Assembly: GCA_964016885.1 (NCBI GenBank)
Contig: OZ024740.1
Coordinates: 81,964,001 to 82,028,000 of the forward strand
Reading direction: 5' to 3'
Source: Eledone cirrhosa
Taxonomy: Eukaryota
Length of the DNA stretch: 64,000 nucleotides
Below the pieces are notes generated by a model, which was given only the letters and a program-made list of their open reading frames with translations, made no database searches and was not told the DNA's origin. Positions 26,295 through 41,386 of this stretch are shown here, piece after piece (positions within the stretch are counted from its first letter, which is position 1; every line of letters begins with the position of its first letter). The translations under genes were made by a program, and so were the position numbers.

Positions 26295-29200
26295 TAAGGG
26301 TTGGGGGAGAACGGGGTTGCATGTTCAGGAAGAGGTGTGTGTGGGGGGTGTTTTTGTGGGTCGGAGTGTCTGTGCGTGTGTGGATAGGGGGTGGGGGGAG
26401 AGGAATCAGGAGGCTGAGGGTGTAAATATGTGGTGGGAAGCACGTGTGTGTGGGGTTTAAGCGTGTTGTGGGTGTGGGTGGCGTGTGGAGAAAAACATTT
26501 TTTGGGGGTGTGTGTGTGGGTGAGTTATATAGGTGATGACGTAAGAAGATGGTTGAAAAGTTGGTAAGTTCCAAGGATGTTGGGAGGATTGGTTAAGTCA
26601 AATTCTGCGTGTGGGTAATCCATGAAGCGGTGGTCGGAAGAGGAGAGATGTGGGGTGCGCGCGCAACAGGAAGTGGTCAGCAGTGGGAGTGCTGTGGTCT
26701 GTTGGTGCTGGGAGGTGGTCAGAAGGGCATAGCAGCAGTCGATGGAATGGTAAGGGGGCGAGGATGGGTAGGTGTGAAAGTTGGAGTGAGGAGAGTGTGT
26801 GTGTGTGTGTGTGTGTGTATTAGTAGGGGTGTTAGTGGGATGAGTGAGTGTGGAGCGGGGGTGTGGGTGGAGCGGGGAGAGAAGGGTGTGTGTGGTTCTA
26901 TGGAGGGAGTGTGGTGTACTGGTGTGTGTGTAGTTTGGTGAAGAGGTGTTAGTGGGTGTTAGTATATGGGAGGTGTGGTGGGGTTTAATGCAGGTGTGAG
27001 TGGGGGTTAGTGGTGGTAGGGTGTGTAGAGTTGGTGGTGTACGAGGGTGTGTGGGTACGTGTGCGTGGGGTTGGGGGGGTGTTAGTGATGTTAGTTGCGT
27101 GTGGGGTGGGTGGTGTAAGTGGGTGCGTGTGTGCGTGTGATAAGGAGGGGGGAGGAGGAGAAGAGGGGAGGGAAGGGATGTTAGTATGTTAGTTAGGGAA
27201 GGGTGGTCAGATGAGGGGTGGAGTGGAGGTGTTAGTAATGTTAGTGTGGGGTGGGCGGTGAAAAGGAGGGGTGTGTTAGTGGTGTTAGTGGGGGATAAGT
27301 GTGGGGGGAGGGGGCGGTCGAACGCTAAAGGAATAAGGGTGGGGAGTTCAGGTCGGGGGGAGTGTGGGTCTGTAAGATGAAGATAGTTCGTTGTTCGACC
27401 GTAAGGCGATGGGTGGGTGTTCCGTGGCACTGGAATAGGCCACAGACTGAGAGATGGCGTGCGGAGTGTCCAGGGCCACCAACGTGGCGGGCGATGGGGG
27501 AACTGCCCCCGAGACGAATATCCCGGAGGAGCTCCGTAACTCGGTCCGCCAGGCGACGTCCCGTCTGTCCGACATAAGCGAATTCCGTAGACTAGGTTGG
27601 AGGAGGTGCAGCGGAAAGCATGCCGGACTGAGAGAGAGTGGCCGTTGCGACCCTGGAAGGTGGTGGTGTTGGTGATGTGAGGACAGGTGTTGCAGCGGGG
27701 CCTGGAACAGGGAAAGGAACGGGGGGGAACAGAGCGTGGGTTGGGGGTTAGGGAGCTGTGGACGAGGAGGGTGCGGAGATTGCGTGCGCGTTTGAAGGAG
27801 GGGAGTGGTGGGGGAGGGAAGATGTGGGAGGTGCAGGGGTCGGACTGGAGGCGTCGGAAGAGGCGGCGGATGGTGCGGTGGAGGGGTAAGGTGGAGGGGT
27901 GGTAGGTGATGGGGAAGGGGAGACGGTGGGTGGGTGTGCGGTGACGTGGGGTGAGGGTGGTGGAGCGGGGGATAGCACGGGCGCGGGTGAGAGCGGTGTA
28001 GACGAGAGAGGGGGGTAACCTCTGCGGATGAAATGGCTGACTAGGGAAAGGGCCTGGGACTCGAAGTCAGCATCACGGCTACAGAGGCGGCGGATCCTGA
28101 GAAGTTGGGAGTAGGGAATGGAGTGTTTAGTGTGGGTGGGGTGGGAAGAAGTGAAGTGGAGGTAAGAGTGGGAGTCGGTGGGTTTGAAGAAGGCGGAGGT
28201 GACGAGGGAGTGGTGGGAGGGGTCGAAGGCGACGGAGATGTCTAAGAAGTGGACGTGGGTGGTGGAGATAGAGGTGGTGAAGTGGAGGGAGGGGTGGAAG
28301 GAGCAGAAGAAGGAGAGAAAGGAGTCGAGCTGTTCTCGGGTGAGGGTCGTGGTTCCGATACAGTCGTCAATGTAACGACCGTACAGTTCGGGCGTGGGGC
28401 CGGTGTACTGGGCAAAGATTTGGGCCTCAACATGGCCAACAAAAAGGTTGGCATAGTTCGGGCCCATTCTTGTGCCCATGGCTACCCCCGTGACCTGTTG
28501 GTAAAACTCACCCGAGAAGGAGAAACAATTTAGGGTGAGGACCAGCTCGGCAAGGCGAAGGGGGGTGGGGTGGAGGGAATGGGGGAGGGGCGAAGGTCGA
28601 GGTAGTGTTTGAGGGCGCGAAGGCCGTCGGCGTGGGGGATGACTGTATAGAGGGACTTGATGTCTAGGGTGAAGAGGAAGGGCTGTGGGCCGGGTAGGTA
28701 GGTGAAGGAGTCGAAAAGGCGCAGGGCGTGGTTGGTGTCGGAAATATGGGAGGGGAGGGTGGTGACAAGGGGGGCGAGGAGGGAGTCGAGAAAGGCGAAG
28801 ATGAGTTCGGTGGGGCAGTTGCAAGCGGAGACGATGGGGCGGCCGGGGTTGTAGGGTTTATGGAGTTTGGGGAGGAAGTAGATGGTGGGGGTGCGGGGGG
28901 TGCGGACGATGAGGTGGGAAGCGCGGGGGGGAGGAGGGAGGAGGAGATAAGGTCTTTGATGGTGGAGGAGACTTGTTGTTGGTAGAGGGGGGTGGGATCG
29001 GAGGGTAGAGGGCGGTAAAAGAGGGGGTTCCGGAGCTGCCTGGGGGCTTCGGCCGTGTAGAGGTCCGCCGCCATACCACTACGGCGCCTCCCTTGTCCGC
29101 CGGTTTGATGACGATGTCATCTCGGCTACGGAGGGAGCGGAGAGCGAGGAGTTCGCCCCGTGAGATATTGTGCCGTTTGGAACGGTGGCGGAAGTCGAAA

Positions 29201-29633
29201 CGATTTACTGCGCTACGGCTGGCATCGACGAAGGCGTCCAGGGTGCTAAATTGCCCTGGGGACGGCGTCCAAGAAAATGGTCGTCGGCCCAGGGCGAGAA
29301 ACGGGTCTGGGGCGTCCGGAGCCGGTGGCGTTCGGCCGAAATTTGCCTGTAGCTTAGTGCGTCGCACGAATCGCTCGACTTCCGTTCGGGTGCGGAACTC
29401 GTCGCTGTGCGGAGTGTGGGGTATGAAGCGAAGGCCTCTACTAAGGAGTGAGCGCTCAGGTGCGGAGAGGGGGTGGTCAGGGGGTATGGTGACAACAAGG
29501 GGTGGGGTTTGGGTGTTTTATTGGGGGGGTGAGGGGTGAGGTGGAGGGTGTAGACTGGGTAGGGGGGTCGAGGGAGAGGTGGAGAGTGGTGGGCGTATGG
29601 GGATGGGCGCGTGGTGGTGGATTGGGGGTGGGT
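25829..29633 (-). mobile_element. Neptune-type Penelope-like element, 5'-truncated, inserted in (TA)n
   Basis: IKPADKGGAVVV, GVAMGTRMGPNYAN, RYIDD, FKPTDSHSYL, PC..PRC..C linker, YVGQT; long C-rich 3' region; same family as 44678-50751. Confidence 0.9.
25918..25954 (-). ncRNA. HHR-like motif in pLTR
   Basis: CTGAGGA-A-GGGC(TTAT)GCCC-GAAA-CGTC; stem I only 2 bp. Confidence 0.6.
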
Positions 29634-29665
<32 letters not shown>

Positions 29666-30090
29666 AAGTAATTCCGTCGGAAAGGTCCAGGAAAAAAGAG
29701 TGCTCTATGTATATATATATATAGTTATGTAATAAACAACATAAGATAATTATTTCATTTACCAGTGGTTTCGTAAAAAGCAAACTAAATATGCTTTCAT
29801 TCATCAAAATGAAAAAATCCTGGTCTATTTATTGACTGGATTTTAAAAACAAAAATATAATCTATATGAAAGTGAGGCTAGAAAAGGAAGAAGGAGACGA
29901 AAAATGGAGCGGAAAAAAAAAGAAAGCAAAAATAATAAATATAAAAGTATATAAACACACATGCACACACACACATACACGCACACACACATATACATAC
30001 ACACATATAAACACATACATATACACATACACACATATATTTATATATATATATATATACACATACATAGACACATGTATACATATACAC

Positions 30091-30158
<68 letters not shown>

Positions 30159-30829
30159 AAGAGCACAAGAGCATTTTAAAAAATCTTTTGATGTTGTAGA
30201 CGCTCTTGTGTTCTTTTTCATATATACGGCTCTGCTCAAAAGCATAGAGCTAATTATTATGCTGCCAATACCTTAACGGGACACGGGTATATAATACCTA
30301 ACTCCTACTAACCTAAGTATATATATGTATATATATACACATATCCATACATACACATACACACAAATACACAAACACAGACACATGCATATATATATAT
30401 ATATATACATATACACATATATATATATATACACACACATATATATATATATATACATACACACACAGTCATATATATATACACACCTACATACGCACGT
30501 ACACAATTAATTATAAGAAAATAATAATAAAAAAATAATGCAAAAGGCCGTCACATCAAAATAAAAATATACGACTTAAGAAAATAAGAAATAATAAAAA
30601 TTATTATAATGTTGACAGCGATACAGCAACGGACACAAATAAATAAACAAACACATGTGGTAAGCAATACACACATATTTACGCATACACATACATATAA
30701 ATAAATAAATACATACACTCACACACATATACATACATATATATCATTATACATACATACACATATATACACATACAATTACATATACATATATATATAC
30801 ACACACGTATATATACACACATATATACA

Positions 30830-31023
<194 letters not shown>

Positions 31024-31198
31024 CAAACATCACGGGCGCTCTATCTCAAAATTATTTTTGAAAAGCATTAGAAATGCGCAACCGGTAAATCTTAAAACCA
31101 AAACTGAATACTAACCAATACTATTACTAATTTTTACTTATTCCTAATTAAACTATTTTTCACTGGGAACAATTTGTCAGCATTTTCTTTTCCTTTTA

Positions 31199-31241
<43 letters not shown>

Positions 31242-31335
31242 GGTTTACATATACATAAAGTCATAGATATATATGTTTTGCAACCGGTCGTGTTGTGGCT
31301 CAATGAAGAATTAATAAATTAAATAATCAGAGCAA

Positions 31336-31961
31336 TATATCATAAATCATGTCCTTAGAATCACTAGATAAAATATATGCCATTTCCTCTCCCAATTAGC
31401 ATAATAAACCATATAAAGAAATCAATTAGGCCAAGCTATAAGAATAAAGTTTCCTATGAAGAAATGTTCGACAAATAACCGAAAGCGGCCTCTTCGCGGT
31501 GGCCCCGATAGAGTATTTATCCAACATTTCAACAGCATGTAGAAACTGACTAAATATACCGTCAACCATACACAATTAGGTGTAAATTTCTAATTTAGAG
31601 TTCGCTCCTGATGAGTCCGAAACTCTGGACATATCCTGTTATTGGATGTCTAAAAATACGGACGAAACCATGGTAGAGATATCATTACGGTATGTGCACA
31701 TTTCTTCTAAGTTTGAATTTACACCTAATTGTGTATGTTTGACGGTATATTTAGTCAGTTTCCACATGCTGTTAAAATGTTGGATAAATACTCTATCGGG
31801 GCCACCGCTAAGAGGCCGCTTTCGGTTATTTGTCGAATATTTCTTCATAGGAGCCTTTATTATTATAGCTTTGTTTAATTGATTTTTTTATATGGTTAAT
31901 TATGCTAATTGGGAGAAGAAATGATATATATTTTATCTAGTGATGCTAAGGACATGATTTA

Positions 31962-31966
<5 letters not shown>
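31336..31966. repeat. About 265-bp inverted repeat with an HHR in the spacer
   Basis: 31336-31599 is the reverse complement of 31706-31966. Confidence 0.9.
31605..31678 (+). ncRNA. Type I HHR with extended, branched stem II
   Basis: CTC-CTGATGA-GTCCG..(GACATATCC/GGATGTC hairpin)..CGGAC-GAAA-CCATGG-TA-GAG. Confidence 0.8.
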
Positions 31967-32004
<38 letters not shown>

Positions 32005-32363
32005 AAAATACATAAATATTATATATATATAAAAATAAAAAGGTGGAAGGGGTAAACAAATAGTTGAGATGATGACAAATAATGAATAAATAAATAAATA
32101 GATAAAGGTATAAATGTTTATAGCTGATTTAGAGCACTCAGCAAGTTCCTGGAGCAAATGATCAATGAAAATAAACATTTAATCACTCTGTATGTAATTA
32201 AGCACATACATACACATATATATATATACATACACACACACACCAAAAAAATACAACCATACAAAACCACATATATATACACACACATACATATATATAT
32301 ACATATACATATACATAGGATAACGTATGACCCCGACGGCAGAGCTCAAGCCGTTTAGACGGC

Positions 32364-32412
<49 letters not shown>

Positions 32413-32421
<9 letters not shown>

Positions 32422-32808
32422 GTAAACGGAATAGAAAATGCTGACAAATTGTTCACAGTTGAAAAATGGTTTAATTAGGAATAAAAGAGTATTAGTAATT
32501 GTATTGGTTAGTATTCAGTTGTGGTTTTAAGTTTTTAAGTTTTTACCGGTTGCGCATTTCTAAATGCTTTTCAAAAATAATTTTTAGATAGAGTGTCCGT
32601 GTTGTTTTTCTCTGATCAGAGCAAACAACACGGACACTCTATCTCAAAATTAATTTTGAAAAGCACTTAGAAATGCGCAACCGGTAAAAACTTAAAAACT
32701 TAAAACCACAACTGAATACTAACCCATACAATTACTAATACTCTTTTATTCCTAATTAAACCATTTTTCAACTGTGAACAATTTTTCTATTCCGTTTACC
32801 AATATATA
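32413..32808. repeat. Spacerless palindrome, about 195-bp arms, centre TCTGA|TCAGA
   Basis: arms reverse-complementary around 32615/32616; right arm lacks about 10 nt. Confidence 0.9.
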
Positions 32809-32823
32809 ATTACTTGTGTGTTT

Positions 32824-32879
<56 letters not shown>

Positions 32880-32880
<1 letters not shown>

Positions 32881-33270
32881 CATAGTAAAAAGTTTAAATA
32901 CAAGGGGAGATAAGGGAGAAAAAGAATACAAGAGTACAGAAAGTGAGTTCAGAGAGAAATAAAAATCGTAGTGGATGTAAGGCGTAGAGAGCAGAGAAGA
33001 AGTTCAAACAGTTGAGTCATCGTAGGAATGTCAATCCAGTTACAGATCGGATGTGATTTCAGGTGAGGACAACATCTGAAGATCTCGGTCTTGGAGTTCA
33101 GGCAAGATGAAGTGGCTTTCAAGTTTTGTAACATCCTAAATTTTTCCGTGGCACACAAAGAACAATTCTTTGTGCCCCTTTGGTACTCCCTCGAATGGTC
33201 TAAAATAGACCAATCGATAGAGTACGGGATGTAGGAATTTAAGGATAAAAACATCCCGTTCTCAGAGTAG
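32880..33270 (-). mobile_element. PLE GIY-YIG C-terminal fragment
   Basis: IDWSILD..Y..GTKNCSLCATEKF..LNSKTEIFRCCPH. Confidence 0.7.
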
Positions 33271-36200
33271 CCAGGTTTGTGTGTGTGTGTGTCATTGATG
33301 ATTGTGAAATGTAATGAATGCAGGTTTATTACTTTGTGTTTTAAACACCACGCTCACAGATCCAACAGACGAGACTTATTACCGGTGATCCTATTAGTAC
33401 GTTTGGGAAAACTCTATATATATGATGATTTATCGAGGTGTTCAATGATATGCCATCTCAAACACAAATTCGCTACAATTATAATAGCGTTAGAAAATAA
33501 GATAAATATCCTTATAGAAAGAAAATAGATGTCCAGCAGCTACGATACATTGCCTAATTCGGTATCTCTTGAATCCGCTCATCATTATGCCAATGGCCAT
33601 GTGAGAGTTTTTTCTGTCGGCATTTGGATTTATATATAAAGGATCTAACGTCTAGAGCTGGAAATGAACAAATCGTGAGATTTGTATAGATGATTAGATG
33701 ATTTAGAATTTGATATGTTGAAATTGAAACAGAAAAATGCTTTCAACTGTTTCACGGTTTGTCGGGGCCAGGGTATACTGGCTCCTCAGGGATTTTAGAC
33801 AGGCGGCAAAGAAAACGAATATTTGAAGGCATTATCGGAGGCAATCGATAAAGTGATTTACTACATCTGGCTCACAAGAGAAGATGAATGTTGCGCGTGA
33901 CACTCTGGGGTGAATGGATACGTCTTGTTCAGTCCGAACACCAGAGACATCGTATTTCATTCTGTCACATCAATGTCACCTATGATTTTGCTCCCATACT
34001 TCAATGGATGGCTCCGTGTAACTCTGTTGTCGCGGTGGAAGAGGCCAAAACACCTGCAGAGTTATTTCATCGGCTGATGAAACTTCGACTCATGCATTCA
34101 GCGACGGAGTACAGCATCACCTTCAGTATGTATCTCAGTTTACTAAACATTTGGAAACAAAATATTTTATACTGAGATTGTGTGTATATTTTGCAAATTT
34201 CCAGATAATGTCGATTCAGTTCATTGTATGTTTTATATACAGTCCATTTGAGCGTTGTGTATTTACTCCGGCTTGCTGTGCATTGTGATTAAGTTCCGCC
34301 AAATTTCAATTTGTTTTTCTTCCTTTCATGTCTGATAATGTAGGTGCCAGCCCATTGCTCAGGCAGTCTTGTTTCATTCCAAATTCATCACCCTAGACAT
34401 TCTGTTCAGAGTTTGGGTTAAGAGAGTGTGAGTTTCTACTGGCGACTGGATGCGCACATTAAACATTTAGTGAACGCGTATGTATCATCTAGTTATACTC
34501 CATTGCGAATGATGGCTTTATATACACATATTCTTAGTTTATGAAAATACTATATCTAATAAAATAATTACTGACTTTGCTTATTTTTCTTTCGGAATGG
34601 ATTATTTTTATTTAAGAAAGAAAAGGCAGTACCTTCAGAATTTTACAGCACATCTGAAACGGTGAGTAGTATATGTGAACGATATCCTCAAATAGGAAAA
34701 TCAAATGCTTGCTTGCAGTGAACGGACTAAAATCACATATGAAACAGTCATAGACAACAGAATGTGATTACCTCCGACATTGTCTTCCAAACAAGAATAG
34801 AATATTATTCGCTAATATCAAAATAGTTATGAAAATATATTAAAACGTAGAATGACTCAGCTAAATCATGTAAAGCAGTATTTTAAATGCTAACATATTA
34901 CGTGTGTAGAAATATCTTGGCAGTTAAAAATGATTTTATTGCATTCCTAAGGGGACCGTCGCATATATATATTAGAGTAAATGTAACCTAGAGATTATTT
35001 ATCTACGTAGTTTCTTCACATGCTGGAGATAATGGCTACATCTTCCTAAAATGAAATAGTGTTGTAGTTCTAGATAGAGTTTGTCTAAAAACCATGAGAT
35101 GCTCTAGTTTAGAATGTATTTGTATGTTTAGTCTAGGCCGGCCTGTGAATAATCAATAACAAACAAACAAAGGATATATACTCATAATACCAAACCTCTT
35201 TTCTGAGTGGTTATTTGTTTTTCGTCCCTTGTATTGCTATGATATTGAATTGACGTTGGGTGCACATAATGAGTACATATATAAGTCGTCACCAGTTTAA
35301 CCACCACCAATTAGCCATTGAATACATTTTCAAAGATTATGGTAATATCTCCGGTATAAGGGTAAATCCTTTCTTTCGGTGATCAAACAGACTCCGAAAT
35401 TAACAGATGACCTACATCTGATTATATTGTTAAAACAAAAGATACACCATAATTATTGATACATAGTATCATTTATGACTTCCGTAAGTAGTTTCTTACT
35501 AATAGTGAGTGGAAATGTTACTACATGGACCCGAATAATATTTGATACACAATAAAATAAATTGCAATTCAAAATATCTATAAGAAGTTAACTTATTTTG
35601 TGTTCAGCAAATTCAATAGGAAATACTCCCATGCAAATACAGCTTATTACAATGTATGTATATTTATAGGTCATAAATCAATGGATTTGTACCTCCGCAT
35701 TGAACAATATGCAATGTTTATTATCGACTTTCGAACAAAATCGAATTTAATTTGAAATCGGACAGTCGACATTGTGAATGAAAACGCAGCCCCGTGGCTA
35801 ATTCTATTGATCATATTAAACTGTATATTACATATATGTCTGGGTTTCCTCTATTGATTAGAATCATATTTTGTGTTCAATAATCTTACACATAACATAT
35901 ATAAATATTTTTATTTATATGAACAGCTATTTCTTGGGGGTTTTACGACAATCTGAAATTCTCTTCCTTACGGAAATATTGTAGCTTCCTCTCTCTTATT
36001 TAATATATTTAACGTTACTTTTGAAGCCTACTATATATAACTTACATCAAAATATTGCACACATATCTCGTTAATTTAAAACGTGAATACTTATGTTTAT
36101 ATAAGCATTTCGGAGTGTACCGGGTCACACTTTTATTGAAGCACAAGTAGTACATAAATCACGTTATATTAGCGAAAAGAAAATGTGCAATAAATTGCAT

Positions 36201-37211
36201 AATTATAGATTAGTAAGAAAACTGAATTAACTTTCCCTCGATATTGCTTGGTGAGCCTCCAATATGAAGTTAAATACTTGGTTATAGGCATAAAATGTAT
36301 AAAAATGTAATATAATATAATGTAATAATGCAATATAGGATGAAATCCGAAAGGTAATCAAATTTTATGACATTCTAGAACCTGTTTGAGTTTGATATTT
36401 TAACACACGTTAAATGTGGAACAACATTTGGAATATAATCTGAACATTATCATTATTTAAGGATGCCTGCATCAAAATGTAGAATTTTATCGGGACCCGC
36501 TTGTTTAAAAGATAACTAAATATTGATACCTTTCCATTATAGTACGCATTATGATGAAATGAGGTTAGACGACCATAATATTTATTGTGATTTGAAAATA
36601 TGAATGTGGTTAATTTTCTTTATAAAATATTCTTGTCTCCTGTGGGATATCATAGCTAAGATGATTCGGAGGTAGCAGATAATAATATAAAGAAAATGTA
36701 GCCATTCAAACAAATTATGTTTGGCACACCTTGTTGCATTTGTTTCCATTTCTATATTGGTATCACTTTATATTTCATACGTATGGGATTAAACCTTTCT
36801 AAATAAACAATACTTTGGATGTTCCTTTCTATATGAGACAGTTTAGCTAATTATTTAAGTTTTATTAATAAATGTAAGCCGGTACGCTTAAGTGTTTTCT
36901 AAACGTGGCATTCAAATTTTTATTTCTGACATTCCAAAACAAACTCAAAATCTATTTTAAGAAATATCCCCGGTAAGAAATGTAATTCTCTGTGTTATTA
37001 TTACGCTGAGATTTTGTTACATTATAGAATATTTGTTGTATGTATTGTTAGGAGTAATGCCAATAATTTTCGAGTTTGGTAATTCAACTGAATTACGTCA
37101 ATATGATATATTTCAACGTTGTTCAAGTTCAGCCACCTCTATTTTTATCACACACACACTGTCTCTCGCCTTCTCATTTAGTATGTACACTCACACACAC
37201 ACACACATATA

Positions 37212-37283
<72 letters not shown>

Positions 37284-38634
37284 CTTGTCCATCAGTAGCA
37301 CACCACCAACCATACGTAGACTTTTTGAGATGAATTTTAAGTTCCATTAATTCTTAAATTGCCATATATTAAACCTCACTTTCCAGATCAAATATAAGCC
37401 GTTATGAGTGATAGACATTCTCGATAATTTGAAACACAATCTGAATGGAGTCATACATGTTTAGTTTTAAGAAAACTATAATAACTCATAAGAAGCTATC
37501 ATATCATTAAGCCTGCAAAGGGAGATATACCGTATATAGTGATTGGGAAACTCCGATAGCAAAGAACCGAGTGTCAATATGGCTGCACTCTCTATATATG
37601 TATATTCTATAGTGCGTAATACTTCCATCGAGCCCCAATGAATGATATTGCTCAGTGTCAGTTATTGCAATTTAAAATGTGACCAACTCCATATAGAAAT
37701 AAAGTACGGAAATGTATGTAATTGGGTTATGGCTCAAGAGAGGGTTATATAAAAGAAATGGTATTATATGTTGCAGCCATCTAATTTTCTAATCTCCAGT
37801 CGTGAATGTTAAACAAATAAATCAAAACATTTTACACGAGGCAGTAAAATCAGCCTATAACAATTATAATTAAGATAATGGCCGTTCTGCCATTTCCGAA
37901 AGAATTCAGCTAAAGCAAATTAAGTGATTCATAACAATAACGAACAATTTATTTACCACCTTAATGTATGAAATGTAATATGCCCATTTAAAATATGTTC
38001 AATAAATTAATAAATTGTCATGAAAATACACTGTTTCATTTAGTGTGGCAGTGTTATTTATATCAAGATTATAAACATTTCAACGTTGATATCATAATTC
38101 GAGTAAGGTTAGAATTACAGCAAAACATTTTAATATCAGCAACATTTCCCTGAAATATCCACTAGTCACGTTGATGATGTGTGAAAGATACACTCCCACA
38201 TTTTATAAATCTATTGTTCCATCTTTATTTCTTTTGAAATTACTACACAATTCCTTGGTTTCGCATAGTTAGAAAGTGATATTCATAACGTGGAATATAA
38301 CATGTATTCAACATTATCTTTCTGGACGTGGTCTATGTCATTTGCGTAATATCTTCAGATTAGTTGTTTTCGATGAGGCACAACGCATGTTTTTTTATAA
38401 AGACTTCAAATTAAAAATGAACATATATTTTTGTTGAAATATGAGTTCAATTACAAAATTCAGAATGAAATGTTTATTTGTATTTGAAGCATTAAATAAC
38501 AAATTCCTCTAAATATTAGAATGAACTAAATTTAACGGAATATGAAATTACATAAAAAGTAAAAACTAAATCATCATATTGGTTTTATAATATGTTAAGG
38601 GTCTGTACTTCTGTGTTCCAACTTTGTCGGGGTC

Positions 38635-38752
38635 CTCTTTACTTTTTATCATGCCAGGTCGATAAAAAATGTATTTATCATGTAATGGATTCGATCTATT
38701 GCATGTATACATTCCCTCAAATCAGCGACCTTGTGGCTGTATTTTAAACCAT
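38635..38752 (+). mobile_element. Degenerate SINE copy
   Basis: CCAGGTCGATAAAAAATGTA...GACCTTGTGGCT resembles the SINE 3' half. Confidence 0.4.
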
Positions 38753-39954
38753 CATCATAAGTGTTCATAAGGTTGATGGGTAGTAGAAGCATTACAACAT
38801 CCGAAAAAAGGATTTCTGTTTCTAATTGTCACATGTGACTTGTGCGTCAACTGCGTGGCTTAATTTAATCGATTTTCCTCACCTTCTGCCAAATTAGACA
38901 CTAGTATTATAAACGTGTTCGTCTTCTGGAATATTGCAGTGAGTGATTGCAAGCTGAAGATAGGCATGCTACCGGTAGCGTCTGTAATGTTTAGGTCCTT
39001 GCGTTTCTTCAAGTTTAGTGATGCTATTTTTGCTAGGATGTTAATCTTATATTATCTCCAGTCTCTTCAGCATTATGTATAAATGTGAAGTATTTTAAAC
39101 AATAATATTGAATTATATTATATCCTGGCACATTTGGATATACATTGTATTATAGCATTTGTGTAAAGGTTACTCGTATGGACTCAAACCATTGGTTTCC
39201 ATGTACTGTTATCATTATTGTATAGTAGGTTTTGATAAAATAACATACTTAGGTGGGATTTACTTCGAAGACTTTGTTTTGTTCAAGGAACTGTCATTGA
39301 TAACAACGATGGAATCGTTGCGAATTAGGAAAGGATCTCTTATTTCCTGAAATGATTAGCAATATATAAGTTGCTGTATTATTATATTTGTTTATTTGCA
39401 TTTCTATTCCATAGTATCTACGGGCGTCGTTTGATGGATTGTTTTATTAGCAGTAGTGAGATAGAGTCTCTATTTTATCTTTAATATATATTTATTTTCC
39501 ATTTTATTTTGCTTCCATTTAATATACAAAGGGAGGTGGGTAGAAATCAAGTAATGATATCATTGCACTATAATGTTTGCTGCGTTTACGATTTCGTTTA
39601 ATCTATCAATATTAATGTTCGTGTCAGATTTCATTGGTTTGTAATGGCTAGATATATGCTTTCTTTGCTGTTGTTGCTGCTAGTTTACAATTTCCTTTTA
39701 GAATTAGAATTACAATTGTTGATAGATGAATTTCCTATTTTATTTAGTTATTTCCATCTTTAGATTGTCATTTCATATTCCATTTTATTCATATTTTGCA
39801 TATTGCGGTTGAACGTTAGATTATGCCGTCTTTATTTCGTAAGCGATCTGAGGTTGGGTTTTTTTTTACACGTTCTGTCGTTAAGTTTATTCTCATGATT
39901 TACAGTACATATTGAAATTTTGGATTTTCGTCGTTGGTATTACCAAGATTTTAA

Positions 39955-40605
<651 letters not shown>

Positions 40606-41386
40606 AAGATGTTGTGTATTTATTGTTGGTGAAGTAAAATATGGGACCGGGACAGTCTCATCTCTACGCGGTAGCCCCTTGGGTAGCTTTTATTATTGTT
40701 TATTAACGAGGGTCTGCATATAAAACACATACGTATGGACGACAATCATATACGTACATATAAGTCATACACAGTAGGGTGTTTCATATTTATAGGGAAC
40801 ATAATTCTAGTGGAAATCACCTGATGACAATCGGTCACTAGATCCATGTTATATAGAATCTAGACAAGGAAAGTACCAGGAAATGCAGATATGTTCATAG
40901 TTGGCACAGTTTGTACCTTTTTAATTCTATTTAAAAGAATGTAACATTTTTACCTGATTATAGCCAGGTTTCATTTTACGTTCATTTTCGCTCATTTTCG
41001 TCTGCGCGATAGGTGTCTACCATTTGTAGGATCCTAAATGAAAAAGAAATGAACTATAAGCTTAAACTAAATGTGTAGAAATAATTTTATCTAGTTGATT
41101 TGTATTCCATGTTCGTAGAAAGAAGTATTTAGTATCATGTTGATGAGGTAAGCTTTCCATAGTTGTTGAATTATCAACAAGATAATGAGTGAACTCTAAA
41201 GTGCTAGTCCGTTTTTGGTTCAGTGCTGGTTGTGTTGGCGAGTAGTACACACGCGGCTTTTGAAGTTCCATCAGTTGTTATAAATCATTTTCTTGTCTTT
41301 TGATTTACATTACCTGAATGCTTTCCAGAAATGTAAGAACTTAATGGCACGTTAAAATATTGAATTTGGTTGATTTTAAATAAGAA

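Noticed and set aside
34450-39900. Possible host exons in AT-rich unique sequence (also 18200-21900 and 61700-63900)
   Set aside because: No recognisable protein similarity; small exons cannot be excluded without transcript data
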